From Octopus sinensis (lineage: Eukaryota), in NCBI RefSeq assembly GCF_006345805.1, contig NC_043004.1:55738001-55802000 (forward strand): a stretch of DNA of 64,000 nucleotides. The letters are read 5' to 3'. The notes under the pieces were generated by a model. The model worked only from the letters and a program-made list of their open reading frames with translations. It was not told the DNA's origin and searched no databases. The translations under genes and the position numbers were made by a program. Positions 50,152-60,936 of this stretch are shown here, piece after piece. Every line of letters starts with the position of its first letter. Positions within the stretch are counted from its first letter, which is position 1.

Positions 50152-50252
50152 CTGTAGCGGTAATAGCTGACGAGTATTCTTTCTCTTATTATTCCTTCTA
50201 TTTTCATATCGGTCACGAGCAGCATCACACCGTACAAGAACAAAGATTCACA
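50152..50252 (-). CDS. WASHC5: Strumpellin internal coding exon, 101 nt
   Basis: Reads [33 protein letters not shown](S), matching strumpellin CEALYLYGVMLL...ERMLVSYYRYS. Acceptor ttttttgcAG and donor GTaagt. AG|T joins the next exon in frame. Confidence 0.96.
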
Positions 50253-50360
50253 CTGCAAAAAATGAAAAGACATAAGTTTGTTGAACACAGATTATAATCT
50301 GTTAGTAACAGATTGAGGGAAGGAGAGCACATGCATGCACACACTCTTTTATGCACATTT

Positions 50361-50742
50361 TAGGCGCAGGAGTGGCTGTGTGGTAAGTAGCTTGTTTACC
50401 AACCACATGGTTCCGGGTTCAGTCCCACTGCATGGCACCTTGGGCAAGTGCCTTCTACTATAGTCTCGGGCCGACCAAAGCCTTGTGAGTGGATTTGGTA
50501 GACGGAAACTGAAAGAAGCCCGTCGTATATATGTATATATATATATGTGTGTTTGTCCCCCTAGCATTGCTTGACAACCGATGCTGGTGTGTTTATGTCC
50601 CCGTTACTTAGCGATTCGGCAAAAGAGACCGATAGAATAAGTACTGGGCTTACAAAAGAATAAGTCCCTGGTCGAGTTGCTCGATTAAAGGCGGTGCTCC
50701 AGCATGGCCGCAGTCAACTGACTGAAACAAGTAAAAGAGTAA
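50361..50742 (+). mobile_element. SINE family A
   Basis: Full-length, 110 bp from the exon acceptor. Confidence 0.85.
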
Positions 50743-51426
50743 AGATATACAGCATATACATATATACACAAAGGTGATTATTTAAATGTTAAGAAGAGGC
50801 ACCTTGCTGTACACAAGATCAGTCTTCCACAGCAAAATTGATACTAGTAATGGTGCCGTATAAAAAGCATTGGTGTTGGTTCAACACGAAAGGCACCCAG
50901 TACACTCTGTGGAGTGGTTGGCATTATGAAAAGCATCCAGTTATAGAAACCATGCCAGAACAGACAATGGAACCTGGTATGGTCCCTGGTTTTACCAGTT
51001 CTAGTCGAACCGTCCAACTAATGCCAGCATGGAAAGTGGACATTAGATAATGATTATGATGAAGGTTTAGCCTGTACCATTAAAACTGGTACTTAACTAA
51101 TACTTCATTTTATCAACCTTGAAAGAATATAAGGTTAAGTTCACCTTGATAGGATTAGAACTCACAATGTAAAGATTCAGAAGAAACACTATAAAGTATT
51201 TTGTTTAGAACTCTAAGAATTCTATCAGTCCACTGCTCTGCAAGAAATGGAATAATAAAATAAAAAATGGTCAAAATTTTAAAGAACTTGGAAAAAATCA
51301 TCAACTATTTTAGAATGACTGTAACAAAGATCACAATCAGACAGTTGCAGGTAACTGAGGGAATGGACAATACAAGTTATGCGTGGAGGCCTGTCACAGA
51401 TATGTGTGTATGTGTGTGTATATATA

Positions 51427-52237
51427 CAGGGTGCGATGAGTAAATTGTTACCATTTAAAATTTAAAATTTCACGCATGTGCATTGTTTGTTTTTGATTTT
51501 GTCGACTACACAGTATAGTAGGGTCCGTTGGGCACCATCTGTGAGAAAAACAGCACCATGACGCAATTCACTCTACCAGAAATTTGGAAATGACATGCTG
51601 TACTACTTGGCATTCATGCTAGAAGTGATAAAAATCATGTCGAGAGTGGTAAAAATCAAACATCCAGTCAGCATCATGGTGTTTAGAGTGATCACTAGTG
51701 ATGGTGACATTATGCCTCCATTCATCTTCCCACACAGCCTCAGATCCAACATGGAGGCCTACATCAAGTGCCTGGAGGAGGTAGTGCTGCCCTGGGTCAA
51801 GAGGGTGGCTGCTGGAAGACTACATCTGGCAACAGGATTCTGTACCATGCCAACAAGCAGGAGAATCCAGTCATGGCTGTCAGGTAATTTCTGCAATCAC
51901 ATCACCCCTAACATCTGGCCACCTAACTCACCAGACTGCAACCTCCTTGAGTATTATATGTGGAGAATAGTTCAGCAAGAGACAAAAGATGAACTGAAGG
52001 CAAGTATTATGGCAGCATTCATCAACTTAAACAAGGAGACCGTCCAGAAGAGTTGCAAAAGATTCCAAAGCTGTCTGGAGGCCGTGGTTGCAGCCAATGG
52101 TGATTTTATTGAATAGATTTACTCTTTACTATTTCAAGATATTTTTATGTAATTTTGGTAAATATATCTGTTAAAATGAGATATCAGTGTTATTTTCATT
52201 TTTGCATAATTTAGATGACAGTTTATTCACAGCATCT

Positions 52238-52239
<2 letters not shown>
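51427..52239 (+). mobile_element. Internally deleted maT/DD37D-type Tc1-mariner element
   Basis: KHPVSIMVF.VITSDG and WQQDS..(37 aa)..WPPNSPDCNLLEYY with a frameshift. Degenerate 26-bp TIRs starting CAGGGTGCG. Confidence 0.8.
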
Positions 52240-52269
<30 letters not shown>

Positions 52270-52566
52270 GAACACACATACACACACACACATATAGATA
52301 TGACACGGTTACATACAGTTCCCCTGTATGAAATTCACTCACAATGCATTAGTTGGCCCAAGACAACAGTAGAAGACACTTGCCTAAAGTGCTGTGCAAT
52401 GGAATTGAACCTTAAACCATGTGGTTGGAAAGTGAGCATATTAACAATGAAGTTTTCATATCTGTCTGTCTGCCAGCTTGTCTGTCTGTCTGTCTGTCTG
52501 CATGTATGTATATATATGTGTGTGTGTGTGTGTCTATCTATCTATCTATCTTTATATATATATATA

Positions 52567-54200
52567 CAGTTGTGGCCAAAATGTTCAGAACGGCATTGTT
52601 TTCGCCAGAAAAGTAGGTATAAGTTTTTATCAAAGTTGTTTTGTGTTCTATAATTTTCACAGACAATAAATACGATATTAATTGTTATTGTCTGAGATAT
52701 TGGTGTAATTTGAGGGGATAATACAAAAGTTATGAATGATTTAGTGATTTACTGCAAAACCCATGGCGGCCAAAATGATCAGAACAGTTGAAAAAATAAC
52801 AAAATAATCAAAAATGACAAAGAATACTGGAATTATTTAATATCTAGTGTGAAGCCCTTTAGCTTCAATCACACTTTGACATCTTTGACTGCATGAGGAA
52901 ATAAAATTTTCAATTTCTTGCTGGGTGATCTTATTCCATTCTTTCCGAAGGGCATTCCATAATTGCTCGGTTGTTTTAGGATTTCTGGCTTTCGAACGTT
53001 CTCCTAAAATATTCCACACATTTTCAATAGGATTGAGATCTGGGCTTTGAGCAGGCCAATCCATAATAATAACCTTTTCAGCCTTGAGGAAGTTCATGAC
53101 CACCTTAGCCTTGTGACATGGGGCATTGTCCTGCATGAATATGGGTGGTCGCTTAGTTGAATTTCTCAGCACAAGCAAGACATGATCTTTTACAAGTTGT
53201 TTATAAACTCCTGCATTTACCTTTCCATGTAATCGCACCAAAGAGCCCACACCATGTCCAGATATCATCCCCCAAACCATGACACTTCCTCCACCGAATT
53301 TAACACTAGTCTTAAGGCATTTAGGCGACAATTTTTCACCTACTTTTCAACGAACGTACCTTTTCCCATCTGAGCCAAATAACATAAACTTAGATTCATC
53401 ACTGAAATGCACCGTTTGCCATTTTTCTTGAGACCACAACACATGTTCGGTTGCAAAGGTAAGACGACAGTTTTTATTTTTGCAGCTGATCAGTGGCTTC
53501 ACTGCAGGTGCTCTTGCTTGTAGGTCATGTTCAACTAAACGACGAGACACAGTTTTTCGAGATAAAGTTTTCTTCAGTATTTCTTGGGAAATGCTCATTT
53601 CCCAAGAAACAGCAGCAGCAGTTTTAAATCTGTCCTTTTTAACCAACTTTACCATAGCACAATCTTCTCTCTTGGTCGTTTTTCTTGGCCTACCTGTAGA
53701 CTTTCTTGCTTCACACAAACCACAATCATTGAAGACCTTAAGAATACCGTGAACAACACTTTTTGACTTGTTAACAATCTCTACAATAGACCCAATACTT
53801 AAATTATCCTTCTTTCGAAGCTTAATAATCTGCTGACGAATTGGTAACGGAGTAAGTGGCATTATATTAACAAAGTACACTGCAGATATTCTTACTAATA
53901 TTTAGTAAACGAACCATCACGTAAACAAATTCAAAACATTAGAGTTCACCGGTTAAATATACTAAAACACGGAGTAAAAGCAACCGTTCTGATCATTTTG
54001 GCCGCCATGGGTTTTGCAGTAAATCACTAAATCATCCATAACTTTTGTATTATCCTCTCAAATTACACCAACATCTCGGACAATAACAATATCGTATTTA
54101 TTGTCTGTGAAAATTATAGAATATAAAACAACTTTGATAAAAACTTATACCTACTTTTCTGGCGAAAACAATGCCGTTCTGAACATTTTGGCCGCAACTG
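52567..54200 (-). mobile_element. Full-length Tc1 (DD34E) element, 1634 bp, IR/DR-type ends
   Basis: TA|CAGTTG..CAACTG|TA. ~220-bp TIRs (52567-52790, 53981-54200), each with outer and inner GGCCAAAATG.TCAGAAC direct repeats. Confidence 0.95.
52837..53862 (-). pseudogene. Tc1 transposase, 341 codons, single in-frame TGA at 53347-53349
   Basis: The two ORF-track pieces are in the same frame (RYVR*KVGEKLSPKC). FSDES, MQDNA and SPDLNPIEN give D-34-E spacing. Confidence 0.93.
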
Positions 54201-54203
54201 TAT

Positions 54204-55235
54204 ATCATCATCATCATCATCATCATCATTTAACGTCCGCTTTCCATGCTAGCATGGGTTGGACGGTTCAACTGGGGTCTGGGGAGCCCGAAAGCTGCAC
54301 CAGTCCAGTCAGATCTGGCAGTGTTTCTACAGCTGGATGCCCTTCCTAACGCCAACCACTCCGAGAGTGTAGTGGGTGATTTTATGTGCCACCGACACAG
54401 GTGCCAGACGAGGCTGGCAAACGGCCACGCTCGGATGGTGTTTTTTATGTGCCACCGACACAGGTGCCAGACGAGGCTGGCAGATGGCCACGCTCGGATG
54501 GTGTTTTTATGTGCCACCGACACAGGTGCCAGATGAGGCTGGCAAACGGCCACGATCGGATGGTGTTTGTTACGTGCCCACAGCACGGAGGCCAGTCGAT
54601 GCGGTACTGGCTACGGCCACGTTCGGATGGTTTTCTTGTGTGCCACGTGCCACCGGCACTGGTACCACAAAGATACAATTCCATTGATGTTCATCTATTT
54701 TGATTTGTTTTGATTTTCACTTGCCTCAACAGGTCTTCACAAGTGTCACAAGAAGGAAGGTATGCACAGGTGGACTGACTACGTCCCAGGTAGGGGCCAC
54801 AGGTTATGGCCTGACTAGTCTTGCCGGGTCTTCGGATGGTGTTTTTATGTGCCACCGACACAGGTGCCAGATGAGGCTGGCGAACGGCCACGATCGGATG
54901 GTGTTTGTTACGTGCCCACAGCACGGAGGCCAGTCGGTGCGGTACTGGCTACGGCCACGTTCGGATGGTTTTCTTGTGTGCCACCGGCACTGGTACCACA
55001 AAGATACAATTCCATTAATGTTCATCTATTTTGATTTATTTGATTTGATTTGATTTGATTTGTTTTGATTTCATTTTGATTTTCACTTGCCTCAACAGGC
55101 CTTCACAAGTATCACAATGGTGTTTGTTACGTGCCCACAGCACGGAGGCCGGTCGATGCGGAACTGGCTACGGCCACGTTCGGATGGTTCTCTTGTGTGC
55201 CACCGGCACTGGTACCACAAAGATACAGATTCCAT

Positions 55236-55240
<5 letters not shown>
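54204..55240 (-). mobile_element. Non-coding RTE derivative made of tandem 3' UTR units plus tail
   Basis: Near-identical reverse complement of the distal 13200-15560 array, including the ACCATCC|GAAGACCCGG unit junction at ~54835. Confidence 0.88.
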
Positions 55241-55278
<38 letters not shown>

Positions 55279-55454
55279 CATACATAGACATTGCAGCATC
55301 AAGTCAAATGGGGTTTGATTGGCTCAGATCTGTAGTAAAAGTAACTTGCCTTAGTTGCCTCATAATGGGACTGAACCCCTACCACATAGTGTGGAAGTTA
55401 ACTTCTTAACTACACAACCATGTCTATCAACACACAGACATGCACATATATCTT

Positions 55455-56297
55455 TTATTCTTTTGTTTGACTGTGGCCATGCTGCAGCGCCACCTTAAGA
55501 AGTTTTAGTTGAAGAGATCAACTCCCAGGACTTATTCTTTGTAAGCCTAGTACTTATTCTATTGGTCTCTTTTGCTGAACCGCTAAGTTACAGTGACATA
55601 AACACACCAACATTGGTTGCCAAGTGATGGTGGTGGCAGTGTTGGGGGACAAGCACAGACTCAAACACACAAATACACGCGCACACATGAGAGGCTTCTT
55701 TCAGTTTCTGTCTACCAAACCCAACTCACAAAGCTGTGGTTGGCCTGAGACTCTAGTAGAAGGCACTTACCCAAGGTGCCACACAATGGGACTGAACCTG
55801 GAACCATGTGGTTGGGAAGTAAGCTTCTTACCACACAGCCACACCTGCACCTATATATACATATACATACACACACACACACATATATACACCAGTCTTC
55901 TCATATTACTCTTTCTTTCACTTGTTTCAGTCATTTTGACTGCGGTCATGCTGGAGCACCGCCTTTAGTCGAGCAACTCAACCCCGGGACTTATTCTTTG
56001 TAAGCCCAGTACTTATTCTATCAGTCTCTTTTGCCGAACCGCTAAGTGACGGGGACATAAACACACCACCATCGGTTGTCAAGCAATGCTAGGGGACAAA
56101 CACAAGCATACATGCACACATATATATATACATATATACGACGTGCTTCTTTCAGTTTCCGTCTACCAAATCCACTCACAAGGCTTTGGTCGGCCCGAGG
56201 CTATAGTAGAAGACACTTGCCCAAAGTGCCACACAGTGGGACTGAACCTGGAACCATGTGGTTGGTAAGCAAGCTACTTACCACACAGCCACTCCTG
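55455..56297 (-). mobile_element. Two adjacent SINE-A copies (55455-55851 old, 55912-56297 younger)
   Basis: Head-to-tail matches. Confidence 0.8.
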
Positions 56298-56748
56298 TTT
56301 TTAATTCAATTTTAAACTGATATTCTAACTTGACAGGAAACCATGAGGTTCTTTCTCTTTGACTTTATGGTCTCCATCATTCAGATGCACACAGATAAAA
56401 ACTGCTAATCGTATTTCCAACACCGCCTCTTTGCTCTCACTAGGATGCTGCCTAATGTTGCATCATGTTTACTGCTGCAAAGGAAGCACAATGTAAACAG
56501 GCAAGTTGAAAGACACCACTGAAATGTTTTATGGAGCCAGAAGAAACCAAGAATTGATTTATTTCTCTGGGTCACCCCAAGACAATCAATGGCAAATAAA
56601 AACAAACAAAATGTGTATATATATATATATCTGAATCACAATGATACCACAAAGTACAAAATGGGTGTTAACTCAGAGATGATGGTGTTGATAATGATAA
56701 TGGTAGCGTTGATGATGGTGGTATTGATGATGATGATGATGGTGGTAT

Positions 56749-56779
<31 letters not shown>

Positions 56780-57689
56780 GATGTCAGTGGCGATAATACA
56801 TATCATTTTCGCTTGTGTATCGTTCATTCCTTTAATGTTTTTCTGTTCTCGTTTTATTTTATTTTAGTTTTGCTTAATTTCCCATGATGCAATACAGAGT
56901 AGAGAGTAGATAATAGTTTCATAATATATAATGACAAAATAAAAAAAAATTTTTTAATGAAAAAAAATATAGTAAAAAACAAAAACAAAGATGATATACT
57001 AAAAAAAATTTATCCAAATTCCTGCCAATACACCAAGAGTATGTAGTATTTGGTATGTAAGATTTTCTTTTCACCTATCAATCATCAACAAACAGCTTGG
57101 TTAAGTTGCTATTTTCTGTTCAATGTCTCACTGCAGAAAGTCTTGGAGAAATTCCAATCATCTTTTGTTATTTTTTCTTTCATTTTTTTTTTCTAAGTTT
57201 ACATTACTATAATTGTTATTAATATTATTTTTGTTATTATTGTTGTTATTGTTTTTCCACTATTGCTGTAAGCCATTGTTTTGTCACTTGAATGTAATGA
57301 GATCTAAATTATTTTATAAAAAAAAAAGTGCTCTTTCTCTATGTTTTTTGTTTTCAATTTATTCTAAGCCTCACGATAAATTGCAATTGAGAAAAAATTT
57401 CACATGAGAGCAGAAAGAGAAAAAAGTCTCATGATATTTGTATATATATTTGCGTAATTTAAAAAAATAATAATTTTGCAGTCAGTTTTTTTACTGAATG
57501 GATCAATGAATTTTCTTATGGCAGTGACAAACCATAGGTGTGGCAGTATAGCTAAGATATTTGCTTCCCAACCACATGGTTTTGGAGTCAGAACCACTGA
57601 GTGGCACCTTGGGCAACTATCTTCTACTAAAGCCTTGAGCTATTCAAAGCTTTGTCAATAGATAAGGTAGACATAAAGAAGCCTGCCAT

Positions 57690-57690
57690 A

Positions 57691-57735
<45 letters not shown>

Positions 57736-57779
57736 CATATATATATATATAATATATATATATATATTTATACATATAT

Positions 57780-57829
<50 letters not shown>

Positions 57830-57869
57830 TACATACACATATATATAATGTATAAATACATATATACAT

Positions 57870-57900
<31 letters not shown>
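57690..57900. repeat. Long imperfect (TA)n microsatellite
   Basis: One of many TA tracts (also ~20380-20436, 25845-25900, 60630-60930). Confidence 0.95.
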
Positions 57901-57902
<2 letters not shown>

Positions 57903-57962
57903 CGTAAAAACGGTAAGATAACAAAAGAAAGAAAGAGACCTAGCGTTTTTTCAGATGGCCAA

Positions 57963-58021
57963 ATAACTGAAGAGATGGTGTTGTGGATTTCCACTTCGGC
58001 ATCTGAAACTCAGAGTTTTAT
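57963..58021 (+). ncRNA. Candidate type I hammerhead ribozyme (family F5; element ~57901-58050 between TA tracts)
   Basis: AUAA-CUGAAGA-GAUG..GUGGA(UU)UCCAC..CAUC-U-GAA-ACUC(A)GAGU-U-UUAU. Core intact, with one extra U before G12. Confidence 0.62.
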
Positions 58022-58174
58022 CTTGACTATTGAGTAATTGTAACATATTATTTTATAGATATATATATAATATATATATATTTATACATATATATATAAT
58101 GTACATATACATATATAATGATATATATATATATAGATATTGTAGATATAGAGTAAAAGAGTAAAAGAGTATAT

Positions 58175-59007
58175 ATCATCGTTTAATGTCCGTTCTCCAT
58201 GCTAGCATGGGTTGGACGGTTCGACCGGGGATCTGGGAAGCCAGAAGGCTGCACCAGGCTCCGGTCTTATCTGGCAATGTTTCTACAGCTGGATGCCCTT
58301 CCTAACGCCAACCACTCCGTGAGTGTAGTGGGTGCCTTTTACGTGCCACCTGCACTGGTGCCAGGCGAGGCTGGCATCGGCCACGGTCGGATTGGTGCAT
58401 TTTACGTGCCACCTGCACGGAAGCCAGTCGAGGCGGCACTGGCTTTGGCCACGATTCGGATGGTGCTTTTTACGTGCCACCGACACGGAAGCCAGTCGAG
58501 GCGGCGCTGGCATCGGCCACAATTCGGATAGTGCTTTTTACATATCTCCAGTCCAGGGGTCCTGGCATCTGCCGGGTGCCAGTCATAGGATTGGTTCAAT
58601 TTCGATTCCGATTTCTCTTGCCCCAACAGGTCTTCGCAAGCAAAGGGGGGTAGGCATAGGTGCCTGTCGTCGGATTAGGTTCGATATCGACTTCGCTTGC
58701 CTCAACAGGTCTTTGTGTGTCCAAGGGAGGAAAGGCATGCATAAGTGGGCTGGACTCACTAGTCCTGCCTGGTCTTTTCACGCACAGCATATTTCCAAAG
58801 GTCTCGGTCGCTGGTCATTTCCTCAGTGAGACCCAAAGTTCGAAGGTCGTGCTTCACCACCTCGTCCCAAGTTTTGCTGGGTCTACCTCTTCCACGGGTT
58901 CCCTCCACTGTTAGGGATTGGCACTTTTTCACACATCTATCTTCATCCATTCTCGCCACATGACCATACCAGCGCAATCGTCTCTCTTGCACACCACAAC
59001 TGATGCT
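58175..59007 (-). mobile_element. 5'-truncated RTE copy (ORF end + 3' UTR + tail)
   Basis: SISCGVQERRLRWYGH..KTRQD* followed by a UTR variant. Confidence 0.88.
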
Positions 59008-60629
59008 CCGGGTAGAGGTTGGGATCCACCAAGATTCAGTCCTCAGCCCCCTCCTATTTATGATAGTCCTCCAGGCAATAACGGAGGAATTCAAGACAGG
59101 ATGCCCCTGGGAGCTCCTCTATGCTGATGACCTTGCTCTAATTGCTGAGTCACTATCAGAACTGGAGAAGAAGTTTCAGGTGTGGAAGCAAGGTTTAGAA
59201 TCGAAGGGCCTTAGAGTCAATCTAGCTAAAACCAAAGTCGTAATAAGTAGGAAGGTAGACAAATCACAAACGCCTTCAGGTAGATGGCCCAGCTCGATTT
59301 GTAGAAAAGGCGTAGGTAGGAACTCTATAAGATGCACCAAGTGTAAGCTATGGACACATAAGAGGTGCAGTAATGTCAAAGGAAGGCTAACTAGGAATAT
59401 AGCTTTTGTATGTGGCAGATGCTCTGGTGCAAAAAACACTGAAAATGCGCAGAGACCATCTTTCGCCACATTCCAGGAATAAAAACTAGAAATAGTTGAT
59501 AGTTTCCGTTACCTAGGTGATCAAGTCAGTAGCGGGGGCGGGTGTACCGGAAGTATAACTGCTAGAGTAAGAATAGCCTGGGCAAAGTTCAGAGAGCTCT
59601 TACCTCTGCTGGTGACAAAAGGCCTCTCGCTCAGAGTAAAAGGCAGACTGTATGATGCATGTGTACGAACAGCCATGCTACATGGCAGTGAAAGATGGGC
59701 CATGACTGCTGAGGATATGCGTAAGCTTGCAAGAAATGAAGCCAGTATGCTCCAATGGATGTGTAATGTCAGTGTTCATACCCAACAGAGTGTAAGTTCC
59801 TTGAGAGAAAAGTTGAACCTAAGAAGCATCAGATGTGGTGTGCAAGAGAGACGTCTACGCTGGTATGGACACGTGGTAAGAATGGATGAAGATAGTTGTG
59901 TGAAAAAGTGCCACACCCTAGCGGTTGAGGGAACCTGTGGAAGAGGTAGACCCAGGAAAACCTGGGATGAGGTGGTGATACATGACCTTTGAAATTTAGA
60001 TCTCACTGAGGAAATGACCAGAGACCGAGACCTTTGGAAGTATGCTGCGCGTGAGAAGACCCGGCAGGACAAGTGAGGCCATAACCCGTGGCCCCTACCT
60101 GGGACGTAGTCAGTCCACCTGTGCATACCTTCCTTCTTGGGACACATAACTCTACTTGTGAAGACCTGTTGAGGCAAGTGAAAATCAAAGAATCAAAAAT
60201 CAAATCAAAATCGAAATCGATCAACATCAATGGAATTTGAAGTTTGTGGTACCAGTGCCGGTGGCACATAAGAGAACAGTCTGAACATGGTCGTAGCCAG
60301 CACTGCATCAAATGGCCTCCGTGCTGGTGGCATGTAACAAACACCATCTGATTGTGGCCGTGCCAGCCTCACCTGGCCTCCATGCCGGTGGCAGGTAAAA
60401 AGCACCATCCGAGCATAGCCGTTCGCAAGCCTCGCCTGGCACCTGCGTCGGTGGCACATAAAAAGCACCCACTACACTCACGGAGTGGTTGGCGTTAGGA
60501 AGGGCATCCAGCTGTAGAAACACTGCCAGATCTGACTGACCTGTTGCAGCCTTCGGGCTTCCAAGACCCCAGTTGAACCGTCCAACCCATGCTAGCATGG
60601 AAAGCGGATGTTAAACGATGATGATGATG
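59008..60629 (+). mobile_element. 5'-truncated RTE copy with a degraded RT
   Basis: RVEVGIHQDSVLSPLLF, YADD, in-frame stops, 3' UTR and ATG tail. Confidence 0.9.
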
Positions 60630-60635
60630 TATATA

Positions 60636-60669
<34 letters not shown>

Positions 60670-60757
60670 ATGTATATATATAGTTATACAAAGATGAATA
60701 CAGGTGTGTAAGCAACAAACAGGTGTATTAGTGTAACGCTCAGGAAGGTGAGAAAGT

Positions 60758-60793
60758 CTTTTACGTTTCGAGCCTACGCACTTCAACAGAAAG
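60758..60793 (-). ncRNA. Hammerhead-like motif, variant core (family F2)
   Basis: CUUU-CUGUUGA-A-GUGC(GUAG)GCUC-GAA-ACGU-A-AAAG, with A6U. Confidence 0.55.
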
Positions 60794-60892
60794 GAACATG
60801 AGAAAATAAACAGAGAGAGAATAAAAAAAAGAAAGCTTTAGAAGCTAGTAATCAATGTATATTTATATTTTATATATATATATAAGATGTGT

Positions 60893-60931
<39 letters not shown>

Positions 60932-60936
<5 letters not shown>

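Noticed and set aside
53347-53349. Rescue of the transposase TGA by A-to-I editing to UGG
   Set aside because: The stop lies outside the TIR panhandle, there is no evident local dsRNA, and it would give Trp rather than Arg. Purely speculative.
363-60600. Many 60-240 aa ORFs such as MLFTCHRHRC.., MLGGQTQTHKH.. and MTTDAGVFT..
   Set aside because: They are translations of SINEs, RTE UTR minisatellites and microsatellites, repeated at many loci, with no host-protein signal.
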